Counted from the first letter of the stretch, positions 48,905-59,697 are shown. The stretch is DNA of 64,000 nucleotides from a virus (IMGVR_UViG_3300008108_000023:64001-128000); one strand, 5' to 3'. Numbers and translations: made by a program. The notes: generated by a model not told the origin, from the letters alone.

Positions 48905-50737
48905 TTAGAATGTAGTCGTTCCTAATGTTTTTACTCTAACTTTTATATCTTTCTGAGGAAATCTTATTTGATATATTTGGTTAGATTTCATATAGATAGT
49001 CATATCGGATTGAGCAATTTCTTTTGTGGTTGGGTCAATATATGATTGTAACACTTCAGAAGATGAATATTCTCCACCTACGTTATTGAAAACTCTTATA
49101 TCGACAGCGTTTACCACTCCATTTACTTCACCTATTGTTTTATATAAATCACCAACAAATAATGGGTCACCCATTTTTCTTTTTTCAATTGAAAAATAAC
49201 TAACAGTATCCTCGATAATAGTTTTAACAATCTCTGTTTGGTTACCATTTTTATCAATAACAACGTCAATCTCTAGTGTGAAATCAACCACTTCACCGCT
49301 TTGAACTTCTAAAAAGTCATTAACCATTCGGTACTCGGCTAAGTAAGATAAAATGTTGTTTTTTAATGTGTTTGAAACAGTATCAATAAGATTACCATTC
49401 TCATCATATGACAATAATTTAATTTTTATTTTATTGTCTTCTTCCATCACGTTTACCTTAGCGGGAGCCCCATATGTTGATGGCATTGTCTCAATTAAAG
49501 ATTTATAATCATTAAGAGTTACCGCCCTATTTTGTGCAGAGAAGTTATATGCTATCATGTTTCTAACTTCTTCAATTGTGGGTTGGTCCGCACCTCCAAC
49601 AGCTGGTGTTACGTTGGTTACGGTTAAAGAATTTTGTACTTGAGTGTTCGTTGATGAGTTAGGTCCATTAATAGAAAATTCAACATTATCTACACTTGTA
49701 ATAATATCAATACCGAGATTACTATCCTTACCTCCTCCAATTCTATATTTTATGAATAACGTTGTATTTGATTTCGGTAAAGCACCTAATGATAGGTTAT
49801 TCAAATACGTTCCAAGACTTACTCTTAAAGTACCTTGGTTATAGTTGTCCAAATTATCCAATGGATTAACATTACCAGAACCAAATGTTACCGAAAAATA
49901 ATTTTCGGGAGTATATTCTGTAATAAATTTATTTGTAACTGGAACGTATGTTCCCGATATGAAATTATCACTATCAGATGCCGATGTTGGGTCGGGCACA
50001 AATACTTTATCTTGTATTAATGATTTTACTTCGTACCATTTATTTTCAGAACTTAAAAATTCAGAGTTAGTTGGATTATTTACAAAGTTTGTTCCCTCTT
50101 TATGAATTACTCCACTCACCCCTAATATGTTTTGTTCAGGTAAGAATATTTTTAAGAAAGGTTTTTGGTCAACTTCTGTTATAACTTTTCTATATATTCT
50201 TGTTACACCATTTACAACAGCTTCTCTTTTTACAATTGAGTATGATATGAGTCTATTATTACCATCAAAATTTGGGATTTTTAATCTGTTTGGTTCACCT
50301 CTTTTATTGAAGGGATTTGAGAAATCAATATCGTCGATGGTTTCAAAAACTTGTCCCCCACCCGATACTTGTGCACCTGATTTTATAGTCCCCAAATAAC
50401 GCTCATCTTCTTTATCTCCTCTAACAGGTACTTGTATTGTAAAATCACACAAAGAAACCGATGGTCTATTACCTGGTATTCTCATACCATATGTTTTGGC
50501 AATATGATACAATGATTGTCTTTGTTGTGCAAAATCTAGCATTGTCTCTTGCCAAACCCTATCAATGTGAAAATGTAAATTGTCTGTCACAGCGGCATTT
50601 AAATCCAATAAAACAGAATAAATTGATGCGTCATTTGTATTCTTAATCAAATCGGGATAATATTCCCTTGTGAGATTAACTAGTTCCTGTCTTAAACTCG
50701 CAAAGTCTCTGACGGCGTATGATATTTTTTTAGCCAT
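48905..50737 (-). CDS. Baseplate wedge subunit (T4 gp6 / baseplate J-like)
   Basis: RDFASLRQEL N-terminus, YRIGGGKDSN, GGADQPTIEEVR, AQNRAVTLNDY motifs. Confidence 0.88.
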   Translation of the reverse strand: MAKKISYAVRDFASLRQELVNLTREYYPDLIKNTNDASIYSVLLDLNAAVTDNLHFHIDRVWQETMLDFAQQRQSLYHIAKTYGMRIPGNRPSVSLCDFTIQVPVRGDKEDERYLGTIKSGAQVSGGGQVFETIDDIDFSNPFNKRGEPNRLKIPNFDGNNRLISYSIVKREAVVNGVTRIYRKVITEVDQKPFLKIFLPEQNILGVSGVIHKEGTNFVNNPTNSEFLSSENKWYEVKSLIQDKVFVPDPTSASDSDNFISGTYVPVTNKFITEYTPENYFSVTFGSGNVNPLDNLDNYNQGTLRVSLGTYLNNLSLGALPKSNTTLFIKYRIGGGKDSNLGIDIITSVDNVEFSINGPNSSTNTQVQNSLTVTNVTPAVGGADQPTIEEVRNMIAYNFSAQNRAVTLNDYKSLIETMPSTYGAPAKVNVMEEDNKIKIKLLSYDENGNLIDTVSNTLKNNILSYLAEYRMVNDFLEVQSGEVVDFTLEIDVVIDKNGNQTEIVKTIIEDTVSYFSIEKRKMGDPLFVGDLYKTIGEVNGVVNAVDIRVFNNVGGEYSSSEVLQSYIDPTTKEIAQSDMTIYMKSNQIYQIRFPQKDIKVRVKTLGTTTF

Positions 50738-50738
50738 A

Positions 50739-51191
50739 TTATATGTTAATAATTATAAAATCGGACGAAACAAAAGGTTCGTTATTTATGTCATAGTCAA
50801 TTCGAACTTTTGCGGTATATGGTTTGGTTGAATAATCAGAAACTCTAAACAATCTTGAGTCCTCATCTTCTTGTGGGCTCATAGATTCTTCAGGGTCTTG
50901 GTCAGCGGGTGTAACTCTAATTGATTTTATTTCTAAATTAGGTATGTATAATTTCACCGCAGTTCTTATTTCATCTTCTATCTGACCCCATGTTACAGCG
51001 TCATTTGGTTCAAAAATAAATTCATATAATCTAGTCCCAAAATCAGGTAAATAATATCTTGAACCCTTTCTTGTTAATAACAAGTGAATCAAGTTTGCAC
51101 GAATCTCTCTCTCAGGGGTTTCGGTCATAACCAAAAAATCACCCTTAGGACTAATTCTGAATGGAAAATCTATACCATATGTAATCGCCAT
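50739..51191 (-). CDS. Baseplate protein, GPW/gp25 family
   Basis: IRANLIHLLLTRKGSRYYLPDFGTRLYEFIFEP. Confidence 0.9.
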   Translation of the reverse strand: MAITYGIDFPFRISPKGDFLVMTETPEREIRANLIHLLLTRKGSRYYLPDFGTRLYEFIFEPNDAVTWGQIEDEIRTAVKLYIPNLEIKSIRVTPADQDPEESMSPQEDEDSRLFRVSDYSTKPYTAKVRIDYDINNEPFVSSDFIIINI

Positions 51192-51195
51192 ACTA

Positions 51196-51202
51196 ATAAA
51201 TA
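51196..51202 (-). promoter_or_regulatory. Recurrent TATTTAT motif
   Basis: TATATTTATT, 4 nt before the ATG at 51191. Confidence 0.6.
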
Positions 51203-51224
51203 TAACTAAAGAACAAATACTAAT

Positions 51225-51255
51225 AAATAAAAAAATCCCAACCGAAGTTGGGATT
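51225..51255 (-). terminator. Rho-independent terminator after nrdA (cUUCGg tetraloop)
   Basis: Minus strand AATCCCAAC-TTCG-GTTGGGATT followed by TTTTTATTT. Confidence 0.88.
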
Positions 51256-51341
51256 ATATATTGTTTGATTTTTTTGCTCCTGTATAATCAAACAAAGTAG
51301 ATGTATGGTTAATTATAAAATATCAATGGAGCCACCTACAG

Positions 51342-53774
51342 TTACGAGCCACAACCTTCACATTCAAAAGGAGAATCTGTTGGTCTTGATGGTATTGACA
51401 TCTCCACGACTTCTTCTTCTTTTTGATTATTTTGGTTGTATGAAGTATTTTGTACTTCTTTAGCTTCAACTGTGGGTTTTGCTGTTGAGGTGTCGATTCC
51501 TAAACCCTTTAATGGGTCAACAGCAGCTCTGGTTCGTAAATAATACATACCCGTTTTTAAACCAAGTTTCCATCCATAAAGATGTGCGGCTAAAACTTTG
51601 GTTTTGTTTGCGTTGTCAATAAATAAATTTAAAGACTGTGATTGGTCAATGTAAATTGACCTGTTTGCCGCCATGGTTAAGATTCTTTTTTGAGACATTT
51701 CCCAAACTGTTTTGTAAACTTCTTTCACATCAACAGGTACCTCAGGAATGTTTTGAACAGAACCATTTTCCATGATTAGTTTTTTCTTTAATTCGTCAGA
51801 CCACAATCCTCTTTCAAGTAATTCATTTACGAGATGTTTATTGATTACAATAAATTCACCTCCTAATGTTCTTCTTGAGTAAAGGTTAGATGTAAATGGT
51901 TCAAATGCTTCATTATTACCAAGAATTTGTGCGGTAGATGCTGTTGGCATAGGAGCAACTAATAGAGAGTTTCTTACACCATGTTTAACAACATCTTTTC
52001 TTAGTGACTTCCAATCCCATCTTCCACTTGTGTCCTTGTCTGTTTTACCCCATAACTCGTATTGAAATTGACCTTTAGATAACGGAGAACCTTCAAATGA
52101 AGAGTACGCCCCGTTTTCAACAGCCAAGTCTTTAGACGATGTGAGAGCCGCGAAATAAATTGTTTCAAATATTTCTACTTGTAATTTGTCCGAATCCTCA
52201 CTTTCAAAAGGTAATTTTAACATACAAAACACATCCGCCAATCCTTGTACACCTAAACCAACTGGTCTATGTTTCATGTTTGAAAGTTTTGTTTCCTCAG
52301 TAGGGTAAAAATTCAAATCAATAACGTTGTTTAGGTTTTTCACAACTTGATATACATTATCATAAAGTAGTTCATGATTAAATTCTTTATTAATGATGTA
52401 TTTTGGTAATGCGATTGACGCTAAATTACAAACCGCTTGTTCTGTTGGGCTTGAGTACTCAATAATCTCGGTACACAAATTAGATGATTTAATTGTACCT
52501 AAGTTCTTTTGGTTTGATTTGTAATTAGCAGCATCCTTGTACAACATGTATGGGGTACCGGTCTCAATTTGTGCCGTTAAAATTGCGTCCATTAATTTTC
52601 TCGCTTTAACAACTTTTCTTGCTCGACCCTCTTTCTCATACCTTTCGTACAATTCTGTGAATTCTTGAGTAAAAGAAAATGGGTCATCATAAGCGTCTGA
52701 CAAACCAGGAGCTTCATCAGGTGAAAATAGTGACCACTCCCCGTCTTCCTCAACTCTTTTCATAAAAAGATTGGGTGTCCACATCGCTAAGAATAAATCA
52801 CGAGCCCTTAATTCTTCTTTACCGTGATTTTTTCTCAAATCAATAAATTCAAAAACATCTGCGTGCCATGGCTCAAGATAAATCGCGAAAGAACCTTTTC
52901 TTTTACCACCCTGATTAATCCAACGAGCGACTTCATTGTATGTTTTCATCATCGGGAGTAGTCCGTCTGATTCACCACCTGTTCCTTTAATATATGAACC
53001 CTTGGCTCTAACATCATGAACATGTAGTCCGATACCACCAGCCCATTTTGAAATTTTAGCAACATCTTTAATTGTGTCAAACAAACCATCAATGTCATCA
53101 CCTTTATTACCAATTAAGAAACAAGAAGACATTTGTGGTCTACGAGTACCGGCATTAAACAAAGTTGGAGTTGCGTGAGTGTAAAAATGTTGTGATAAAT
53201 CGTCATAAATTCTCAAAGCAGTTTCTAAGTCACCATTACAAATACCAACAGCAACTCTCATGTACATATATTGAGGTCTTTCAACGATTCTTCTTCCGAT
53301 TTTCAAAAGGTAAGAACGTTCAAGAGTTTTAAATCCAAAATAATCAAAATCAAAATCTCTCTCTTGAACAATCGCACCATCTAAAGATTCTTTGTTTTGA
53401 ATCACAAATTGATAAACCTCATCTGATATTAAAGATGAATCTTTTCCTGTTCTTGGTTCAATAAATGAGTGAAGTTCTTTAATACATTGGGAAAACTTTT
53501 TTGGTGTCGTTTTATGTAGATTTGACACCGCCAATCTTCCAGCTAATTTAGCATAGTCTGAATGTGTTGTTACCATAGACGCAGCCGTCTCGGCTGCTAA
53601 TGTGTCCAACTCAGTTGTAGATATACCATCGTAAATCCCTTGAGTAACTTTAAGAGTCACTAATGTTGGGTCAATGTATTCTAAATTCAAATCATCACAG
53701 AAATATTGTATTCTTCTGGTGATTTTGTCATATCTCATTTCTTCCAATGAGCCATCTCTCTTTTTTACTTTCAT
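51342..53774 (-). CDS. nrdA: Ribonucleoside-diphosphate reductase class Ia, alpha subunit (with ATP cone)
   Basis: N-terminal ATP cone (VKKRDG), ATPTLFNAG, SSCFL, SNLCTEI, APMPTASTAQ, C-terminal CxxC (CEGC). No intein. Confidence 0.97.
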   Translation of the reverse strand: MKVKKRDGSLEEMRYDKITRRIQYFCDDLNLEYIDPTLVTLKVTQGIYDGISTTELDTLAAETAASMVTTHSDYAKLAGRLAVSNLHKTTPKKFSQCIKELHSFIEPRTGKDSSLISDEVYQFVIQNKESLDGAIVQERDFDFDYFGFKTLERSYLLKIGRRIVERPQYMYMRVAVGICNGDLETALRIYDDLSQHFYTHATPTLFNAGTRRPQMSSCFLIGNKGDDIDGLFDTIKDVAKISKWAGGIGLHVHDVRAKGSYIKGTGGESDGLLPMMKTYNEVARWINQGGKRKGSFAIYLEPWHADVFEFIDLRKNHGKEELRARDLFLAMWTPNLFMKRVEEDGEWSLFSPDEAPGLSDAYDDPFSFTQEFTELYERYEKEGRARKVVKARKLMDAILTAQIETGTPYMLYKDAANYKSNQKNLGTIKSSNLCTEIIEYSSPTEQAVCNLASIALPKYIINKEFNHELLYDNVYQVVKNLNNVIDLNFYPTEETKLSNMKHRPVGLGVQGLADVFCMLKLPFESEDSDKLQVEIFETIYFAALTSSKDLAVENGAYSSFEGSPLSKGQFQYELWGKTDKDTSGRWDWKSLRKDVVKHGVRNSLLVAPMPTASTAQILGNNEAFEPFTSNLYSRRTLGGEFIVINKHLVNELLERGLWSDELKKKLIMENGSVQNIPEVPVDVKEVYKTVWEMSQKRILTMAANRSIYIDQSQSLNLFIDNANKTKVLAAHLYGWKLGLKTGMYYLRTRAAVDPLKGLGIDTSTAKPTVEAKEVQNTSYNQNNQKEEEVVEMSIPSRPTDSPFECEGCGS

Positions 53775-53781
53775 AATCTAA

Positions 53782-54759
53782 TTAAAAATCTATATCTTCA
53801 AATGATGTATCCATATCTTCAATGGAAACGTTATTATTCACACCAGCTTTTTGATATTCAGCAACTCTTTTTTCAAAGAAATTAGTCTTACCTTGAAGAG
53901 CAATATTTTGCATGAAATCAAATGGATTTTCAACATTGTAGACCTTTGAACAATTTAATGACATTAATAGTCTATCGGTCACAAATTCCAAATATTGAGA
54001 CATCAAATCTGAATTCATACCAATTAGTTTAACAGGTAGTGCCTCTAAAATAAATTCTTTTTCAATCTCTAAAGCTCCACAGATAATGTCTTTAATTCTC
54101 TTCTCACTTAATTTATTTTCAATATGGTGATTAAACAAATGACAAGCAAAGTCACAGTGCATTCCTTCATCTCTTGAAATAAGCTCATTTGAAAAGGTTA
54201 AACCCGGCATTAAACCACGTTTTTTGAGCCAGAAAATAGAACAGAATGAGCCAGAAAAGAAAATACCCTCAACAGCAGCAAAGGCAATAAGTCTTTCAAC
54301 GAAGGTACCCTTTTCAATATACTTTAACGCCCATTCCGCCTTTTTCTTAACAGCAGGGATTGTGTCAATTGCATTAAATAATCTACCTTGTTCTTGTTTA
54401 TCCTTGATATATGTATCAATCAACAAAGAATAAGTTTCACTGTGAATATTTTCCATCATGATTTGGAAACCATAAAACATTTTAGCTTCCGTATATTGTA
54501 CCGCATTCACAAAATTCATTGCAATGTTTTCATTTACAATACCATCCGAAGCGGCGAAAAATGCTAATACGTTTTTAACAAAATGTTGTTCATCTTCATT
54601 TAGTTTGTTTTCCCAATCATAAATGTCTTGAGCTAAATCAATTTCTTCAGCAGTCCAAAAACATGCTTCTTGTTGTTTGTAAAGTTTCCAAATGTCGTGG
54701 TGTTCGATTGGAAAAAGGACAAAACGTCCTGGATTTTCTTTCAAAATCTTCTCTGTCAT
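53782..54759 (-). CDS. nrdB: Ribonucleoside-diphosphate reductase class Ia, beta subunit
   Basis: [55 protein letters not shown]. Confidence 0.97.
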   Translation of the reverse strand: MTEKILKENPGRFVLFPIEHHDIWKLYKQQEACFWTAEEIDLAQDIYDWENKLNEDEQHFVKNVLAFFAASDGIVNENIAMNFVNAVQYTEAKMFYGFQIMMENIHSETYSLLIDTYIKDKQEQGRLFNAIDTIPAVKKKAEWALKYIEKGTFVERLIAFAAVEGIFFSGSFCSIFWLKKRGLMPGLTFSNELISRDEGMHCDFACHLFNHHIENKLSEKRIKDIICGALEIEKEFILEALPVKLIGMNSDLMSQYLEFVTDRLLMSLNCSKVYNVENPFDFMQNIALQGKTNFFEKRVAEYQKAGVNNNVSIEDMDTSFEDIDF

Positions 54760-54773
54760 GGTGATAATAATTA

Positions 54774-56150
54774 TTAATTTCTGTTTAAAGTTTCCTGTCT
54801 TTTGGTGAAAGCTTCTCTCACCCTGTCAGCAGCGTTTTTTTGTTTCTCCTCTTTATGACCAAGGAGTGTTGTTTGAGACTCAGTATCAATGACTAACAGT
54901 CTATTGTCAAATTTACAATTCTGCCAAATAATTCCGTCACGACCAATTCTTGACTTAAGTAAAGTCATGGTTGCTAAGTTATGTTCTTTTTGTTCTATGG
55001 TTTTACCTATTGATAAAATTACGTGGGCAATTTGCGCTTTTTTAATTGACCCACCCATTTGGTCACTGTTTACAACTTCAGATGAAATAGATTCTCTGTT
55101 ACCCTGAGTAGCCGTCCATATAACAATTCCAAATTCACTTGTCATCGCTTCTAAACTTCTCATTACTGAACCTTCACCTTTCCATTCTTCACCGAAATTA
55201 GATTTTTCGGGACTGATACAGTCGACATAATCAATAACTAAAAGGTCAATCTTTTTACCTTCTGAAATTCTTTTTCTCAATCGAGATTTAATCTCAGATA
55301 TTGAAACTGAATCACTTGGTAACTTTAAAATATCCAAGGTTCCTTTACTTTGAGTTTGAACCTCGTTTATCTTTTCTTTTACAAAATCTTTATTTTCAGG
55401 TTGTTCATCGGGTGCAATTCCTGACCAAATTGTGTAATGTTTCTTTTTGATGTTATCGGGATTGTCTTCAAAAAATATTTGAAGAACATTGTACCCATGT
55501 AAGTAAGCAGTATTTGCAAATAATGATAATATGGTCGTTTTACCCGTACCTGTTGGTGCTAATACAACACCAAGTTCCCCAATACCCAAACCACCTTTTA
55601 AAGCGGTGTCAAGACCCTCTATACCTGTTGGTATTGGTTGTCTATTATCTTTTTCTAAAGCGGCGTCGATATTGTGAAAAACATCCATACATTCTTCAGG
55701 TGGTAATCCGACTTGTAGTGCCTTTTGAATAATACCTTCAATCTTATGATACTCTTGGAATTTACCATTTTCAATAATGGTTGTTACCATTTTAAGTTCC
55801 TTCTTTAAATTTTGTTGTTTACAAAAATTCAAAGCCTCTTCTCTGACCATTGGGTCATCTACGGTATTTTCTTTGATGTCGTGAATTGTATCTAAATGTA
55901 TTCTCGCGGTTTCTTGTGAACCCATTTCAAGAATTATAGTTTGACACAAACTTTGATAATCAGGAATTTTCCCATATTTCTGATAGTACTCTTTGATATG
56001 GGAGGTAATAAATCTAAAAGAACTATTATCAAAATATTTGCTCTCGATTACATCAATAATCTGTTCACCGTACTTTTTATCCTCTACAATTGATTTAATT
56101 AACGTTTGTTGAAATGACGCTCCGAGAAAACCAAAATTTTTTTCTGACAT
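54774..56150 (-). CDS. dnaB: Replicative DNA helicase (DnaB / T4 gp41-like)
   Basis: Walker [37 protein letters not shown]. Confidence 0.92.
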   Translation of the reverse strand: MSEKNFGFLGASFQQTLIKSIVEDKKYGEQIIDVIESKYFDNSSFRFITSHIKEYYQKYGKIPDYQSLCQTIILEMGSQETARIHLDTIHDIKENTVDDPMVREEALNFCKQQNLKKELKMVTTIIENGKFQEYHKIEGIIQKALQVGLPPEECMDVFHNIDAALEKDNRQPIPTGIEGLDTALKGGLGIGELGVVLAPTGTGKTTILSLFANTAYLHGYNVLQIFFEDNPDNIKKKHYTIWSGIAPDEQPENKDFVKEKINEVQTQSKGTLDILKLPSDSVSISEIKSRLRKRISEGKKIDLLVIDYVDCISPEKSNFGEEWKGEGSVMRSLEAMTSEFGIVIWTATQGNRESISSEVVNSDQMGGSIKKAQIAHVILSIGKTIEQKEHNLATMTLLKSRIGRDGIIWQNCKFDNRLLVIDTESQTTLLGHKEEKQKNAADRVREAFTKRQETLNRN

Positions 56151-56164
56151 AGTTTTTTATTTTT

Positions 56165-56608
56165 TTATAATTGATAGTTTAAATAAGTTGTTTCCAAATC
56201 TCTAGATGATAAAATGTCGGTTAAATCTGACAAATATCTCTTTAAATAAGGACGAATGTCTACCGTATATCTAACCTTTGGGTGATAGACTTTAGCGGAA
56301 AACATCCTTTGAATAAATACATCGTCACCCATCTTAATCTCGAGCAAAAAGTACTCTTTTTCATTTTGTTCATCGGTTTCTGCACTATCCAAACCGTAAA
56401 AATAATCACGATTTTCATGTAGATAATCCAATGTTTTTGTTTTCAAATCTACACCAATATCGTCACAAATATTTTTAACGTAATAGTGTAAATCCATAGA
56501 ACGTCTCGACTTTGGGTTATGCTCTCTTACATTGAAGAAGCGCTGACAGATAATGTTTCCTTCTAATGTCAAAAGGAACTCGAACTTTGTTACTTCTTGA
56601 TTACTCAT
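56165..56608 (-). CDS. Hypothetical protein
   Basis: 147-aa ORF, co-oriented and overlapping the exonuclease stop within the replication operon. Confidence 0.75.
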   Translation of the reverse strand: MSNQEVTKFEFLLTLEGNIICQRFFNVREHNPKSRRSMDLHYYVKNICDDIGVDLKTKTLDYLHENRDYFYGLDSAETDEQNEKEYFLLEIKMGDDVFIQRMFSAKVYHPKVRYTVDIRPYLKRYLSDLTDILSSRDLETTYLNYQL

Positions 56609-57623
56609 TGTTTTTGATTTTAATTAATTTTTTATTCTTTTCTTTTCTTGTTAATCTTAAAAATGGATTGAGGAAGTTTATCCACGCATCATCCGATTTT
56701 GGAAGTAATAAAAATATACCATCTTCCATCATCATCTTCATGGTGTTTTTATATGACCGACCTTCAGGGTCAATCAAATCGTTTATTAATGAAGTTATAG
56801 ATTCCCTTGCTTCATCAGTTAAGAAAGGATTATCAAGACTTACAATACGACTATTGACATCAAAAAATTCCTCACCTAATATCCCATATTTGGTAACACC
56901 TGTCAGAAGATTCTTTACAAGACGATTATCGTTGTCTTCCTCAAATAAATTGTTAAATCTTTCAAGAATAAATTCAACGGTAATCTCTTCGGTTTTAATT
57001 TCAGGAACTAATGAAATTAATCTCCTGACACCTAAATTTTTGATGCCCGCAATATTATCCGATGGGTCACCACAAATCATCTTGACCAATTTTATATTCT
57101 GTATAAGAATTTGTTCATGGTCATAAACGAACATATCATTTGGTTGGTATATTTTACTGTGTGAGGGATTAAAGAGTTTGGTATTTTCTGAAACTAATTG
57201 AGTCAAATCACCATCTGAAGAAAAAATTATTTTGTTTTCTTTTGGTGAGTTTTGAACATAATATGCGATTGAATCGTCTGACTCACAGAATTCATATTCA
57301 CCTTGTCTAACAAATAGTTCTTCAAGATATTGTTTAATTCTGTTTCTTTGTTTTCCGTAAGAATGTAATTCTTCTTCAGACCTGATACGAGATTTTCTAT
57401 TCTCTTTGTATTGATGGTAGAACCTTTTTCTTGTTATAGAACCATCTTGTCCATCCCAAAAAACGACAATCTTATCCAAATGATGGATTTCAATTGTTCG
57501 TCTTAAGGTGTTTATAAAATGATATATCCCACCAATATGTTCCCCCTTATAAAAGTGATTTTTTAATCCAAAAAAACCAATAGTAAGTAAATTGTCACCA
57601 TCTACCAATAATACATTAGACAT
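56601..57623 (-). CDS. 5'-3' exonuclease / flap endonuclease (T4 RNase H / PolA N-terminal-like)
   Basis: LLVDGDNL, VVFWDG, YKENR, ESDDSIA, SSDGDLTQL, GDPSDNIAGIKNLG. Confidence 0.92.
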   Translation of the reverse strand: MSNVLLVDGDNLLTIGFFGLKNHFYKGEHIGGIYHFINTLRRTIEIHHLDKIVVFWDGQDGSITRKRFYHQYKENRKSRIRSEEELHSYGKQRNRIKQYLEELFVRQGEYEFCESDDSIAYYVQNSPKENKIIFSSDGDLTQLVSENTKLFNPSHSKIYQPNDMFVYDHEQILIQNIKLVKMICGDPSDNIAGIKNLGVRRLISLVPEIKTEEITVEFILERFNNLFEEDNDNRLVKNLLTGVTKYGILGEEFFDVNSRIVSLDNPFLTDEARESITSLINDLIDPEGRSYKNTMKMMMEDGIFLLLPKSDDAWINFLNPFLRLTRKEKNKKLIKIKNNE

Positions 57624-57654
57624 TAATCATCACTCTTATAGGGTTAAACAAAAA

Positions 57655-58653
57655 TTAATCTTCTTCTTCGAAATCGTAAGTTGTTGATTCCGCTAAATCA
57701 AAGTCGCTAGACCCTAATTTTTCTTTCCAAAAACTTGAATATTCTTTTTTATACGACTCCAAAGCTTCTTTGGTGTCGGCAATATATCCATTATGGACAA
57801 CGATAACTTTACCGTCTTTGTAACCTAATCCATTAACGTGGTTTTTAAGGATTGAAATTTTGGTTCTAACAGCGTAAACAATTTTTCTACCGTCTTTGGT
57901 TGCATCAATGTGGTTGATACCTGATTTTTTCTGATTACCAAATAAGAAGATAAGTGAAGACGCTAATTTTAATGCTTCACCACCTTTTGGTTTGATTTCA
58001 GGTTGACCCATTGGATTGTCAGGTAATTCTACCCATGGTTGATTCACCACAACCATTGTCAAATAATATGACGAGTCTTTAGATGGGTAATCTTCTTTTT
58101 TTGATTTGGTAATTCTTGAGTGAATACCCATACCAATTTTATCGGATAATGCACTTGCGTTGTGTTGTTTACCACCTTTACCATCAAAAGTCATCTTACA
58201 TGGTATTGAACCAATTGAATCCCAACAAAATAAAATGTGTCTTGGGATTTCACCTTTTTCATGAGCATCAATGATGTCATTTATAAAATCGGTTGCTTGT
58301 TCAATATAGTCAAATGAATCATTGAAAATAAAATCACCTGTCCACTCGCCATTCGCATCTTTTTCAGCTTGGAAACCAAGTTCAATTGCGTGTTCCCATT
58401 TCCATTTTCTTTCAGTGATAATAAGTACGGGTAAATGGCCTTTCTTTTGTGCATCAACCGCAGCTAAAATCATTGCGGTTGTTTTTGATGAGTTTGTATG
58501 TCCTAAGAACATATTAATACCTCCCATCACGGGTCCTGGTAATCCACATGCGTTGTTAAACGCCTCACCACAATAATAAAAGTTTTCATCCTTATATTTT
58601 GTTTTTGATGAGAATTTGGATATATAATCGAATTCTTTTTTCTTGATTGCCAT
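57655..58653 (-). CDS. recA: RecA/UvsX-like recombinase
   Basis: P-loop GHTNSSKTT, IITE, FCWDSIGS, VVVNQPW, KPKGGEAL, KNHV. Start set at the ATG at 58653 (MAIKKK) because the track's extension overlaps a terminator. Confidence 0.85.
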   Translation of the reverse strand: MAIKKKEFDYISKFSSKTKYKDENFYYCGEAFNNACGLPGPVMGGINMFLGHTNSSKTTAMILAAVDAQKKGHLPVLIITERKWKWEHAIELGFQAEKDANGEWTGDFIFNDSFDYIEQATDFINDIIDAHEKGEIPRHILFCWDSIGSIPCKMTFDGKGGKQHNASALSDKIGMGIHSRITKSKKEDYPSKDSSYYLTMVVVNQPWVELPDNPMGQPEIKPKGGEALKLASSLIFLFGNQKKSGINHIDATKDGRKIVYAVRTKISILKNHVNGLGYKDGKVIVVHNGYIADTKEALESYKKEYSSFWKEKLGSSDFDLAESTTYDFEEED

Positions 58654-58678
58654 TGTATATTTTCTATTGTTTTTAATT

Positions 58679-58724
58679 AAAAAAGAAGAACTTGGACACA
58701 ATGTCTAAGTATGTGTCCAAGTTC
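58679..58724 (-). terminator. Rho-independent terminator after the SSB gene
   Basis: Perfect 13-bp stem GAACTTGGACACA / TGTGTCCAAGTTC (58688-58700, 58712-58724), 11-nt loop, then TTCTTTTTT on the minus strand. Confidence 0.82.
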
Positions 58725-58731
58725 ATTTTAA

Positions 58732-59589
58732 TTAGAATGGTAGGTCGTCATCCCCCTCCATGTCTTCTTGTGGGTCAACTTGAGGAACTGATGTTTTTGT
58801 TGGTGAAGATGGTTTAGACATTTCAATTTCTTGAGTGGAATTTGAAACATATTTACCAGTTGTTGTATCCCATCTTGGGACTTCACCTTTAGCAATCATT
58901 TCTAAATACTCTTCAGGTTTTTTAGAATATACATCAGACCAAACCAATTCATCATTAATCCAAGTATCTGCAATAACTGAATCAGAGTGTAGTGGTGATT
59001 GGTCTTCAGGGATGATAGATGTAATTGTTGTGTATTCTCTACCGTTACCCGCCTTAGTTAGGTTAAGATTAAGAATCAAATCCCTTCCTTTCTGTGGGTC
59101 GGTAATATCACCTTTATTTCTGAAAAGAGGTGCAATTTTATCCAAAACACCTTCACTTTTAGTGTTTCTTTTAAATCTCCAAAATTTAACACCATCTTGT
59201 TCTCTATCTCTATCAATAACTTTTACGATATAGAACATTTTAGATTTATACTGACGAGCTAAAATAGCATCTTGTTCGTCACCTGTCATTTTTAATCCTT
59301 CATGTACTTCGTTCAATGGTGAACGTTTACCTTCTTGATTTGGGTCATACAGTTTAACCCAATTACCATCAACCTGTACCTCGTGGAAATACACGGGAAC
59401 AAATGGGCTACTACCATCTTTCATAGGTAGGATTCTAATTCTTCTTTCACCACTTCTTTCACCTTTTGGTAGGAGTGTGGTAAAATACTTCTTCATTCTA
59501 TCCTCTTGGGATACCTTGTTTGTGTTGCCGCTTGCGACCTGTTTGTCTTTTTCGTACTGTGCCAGTACTGACTCTGTTGTTGACATCAT
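58732..59589 (-). CDS. Single-stranded DNA-binding protein (T4 gp32-like)
   Basis: RIRILP, YFHEV, FYIVKVIDR, GVKFWRF, DITDPQKGRDL, acidic tail DDDLPF. Confidence 0.85.
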   Translation of the reverse strand: MMSTTESVLAQYEKDKQVASGNTNKVSQEDRMKKYFTTLLPKGERSGERRIRILPMKDGSSPFVPVYFHEVQVDGNWVKLYDPNQEGKRSPLNEVHEGLKMTGDEQDAILARQYKSKMFYIVKVIDRDREQDGVKFWRFKRNTKSEGVLDKIAPLFRNKGDITDPQKGRDLILNLNLTKAGNGREYTTITSIIPEDQSPLHSDSVIADTWINDELVWSDVYSKKPEEYLEMIAKGEVPRWDTTTGKYVSNSTQEIEMSKPSSPTKTSVPQVDPQEDMEGDDDLPF

Positions 59590-59637
59590 ATGTTTGTTTT
59601 TTAAAAGTTAGAAAATGTTTCTATGTAAAGTATAGAC

Positions 59638-59677
59638 AAAAAAAGTCAGATTACAAAATCTGACTCTCTTTTTTTTT
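59638..59677 (-). terminator. Probably bidirectional intrinsic terminator after the ferritin-like gene
   Basis: AGTCAGATT-acaa-AATCTGACT (59644-59665), flanked by a 7-A run on the left and a T run on the right. Confidence 0.8.
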
Positions 59678-59697
59678 AAAATTGTTTTGGGAAGGGG

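Noticed and set aside
51342-56150. Inteins or group I introns in nrdA, nrdB, dnaB
   Set aside because: Lengths are ordinary (810, 325, 458 aa), motifs are contiguous, and no intein splice motifs were seen.
58654-58701. ORF-track N-terminal extension of the RecA-like protein (MCPSSSFLIKNN...)
   Set aside because: It starts within the SSB terminator hairpin. The ATG at 58653, with an A-rich leader, is the likelier start.
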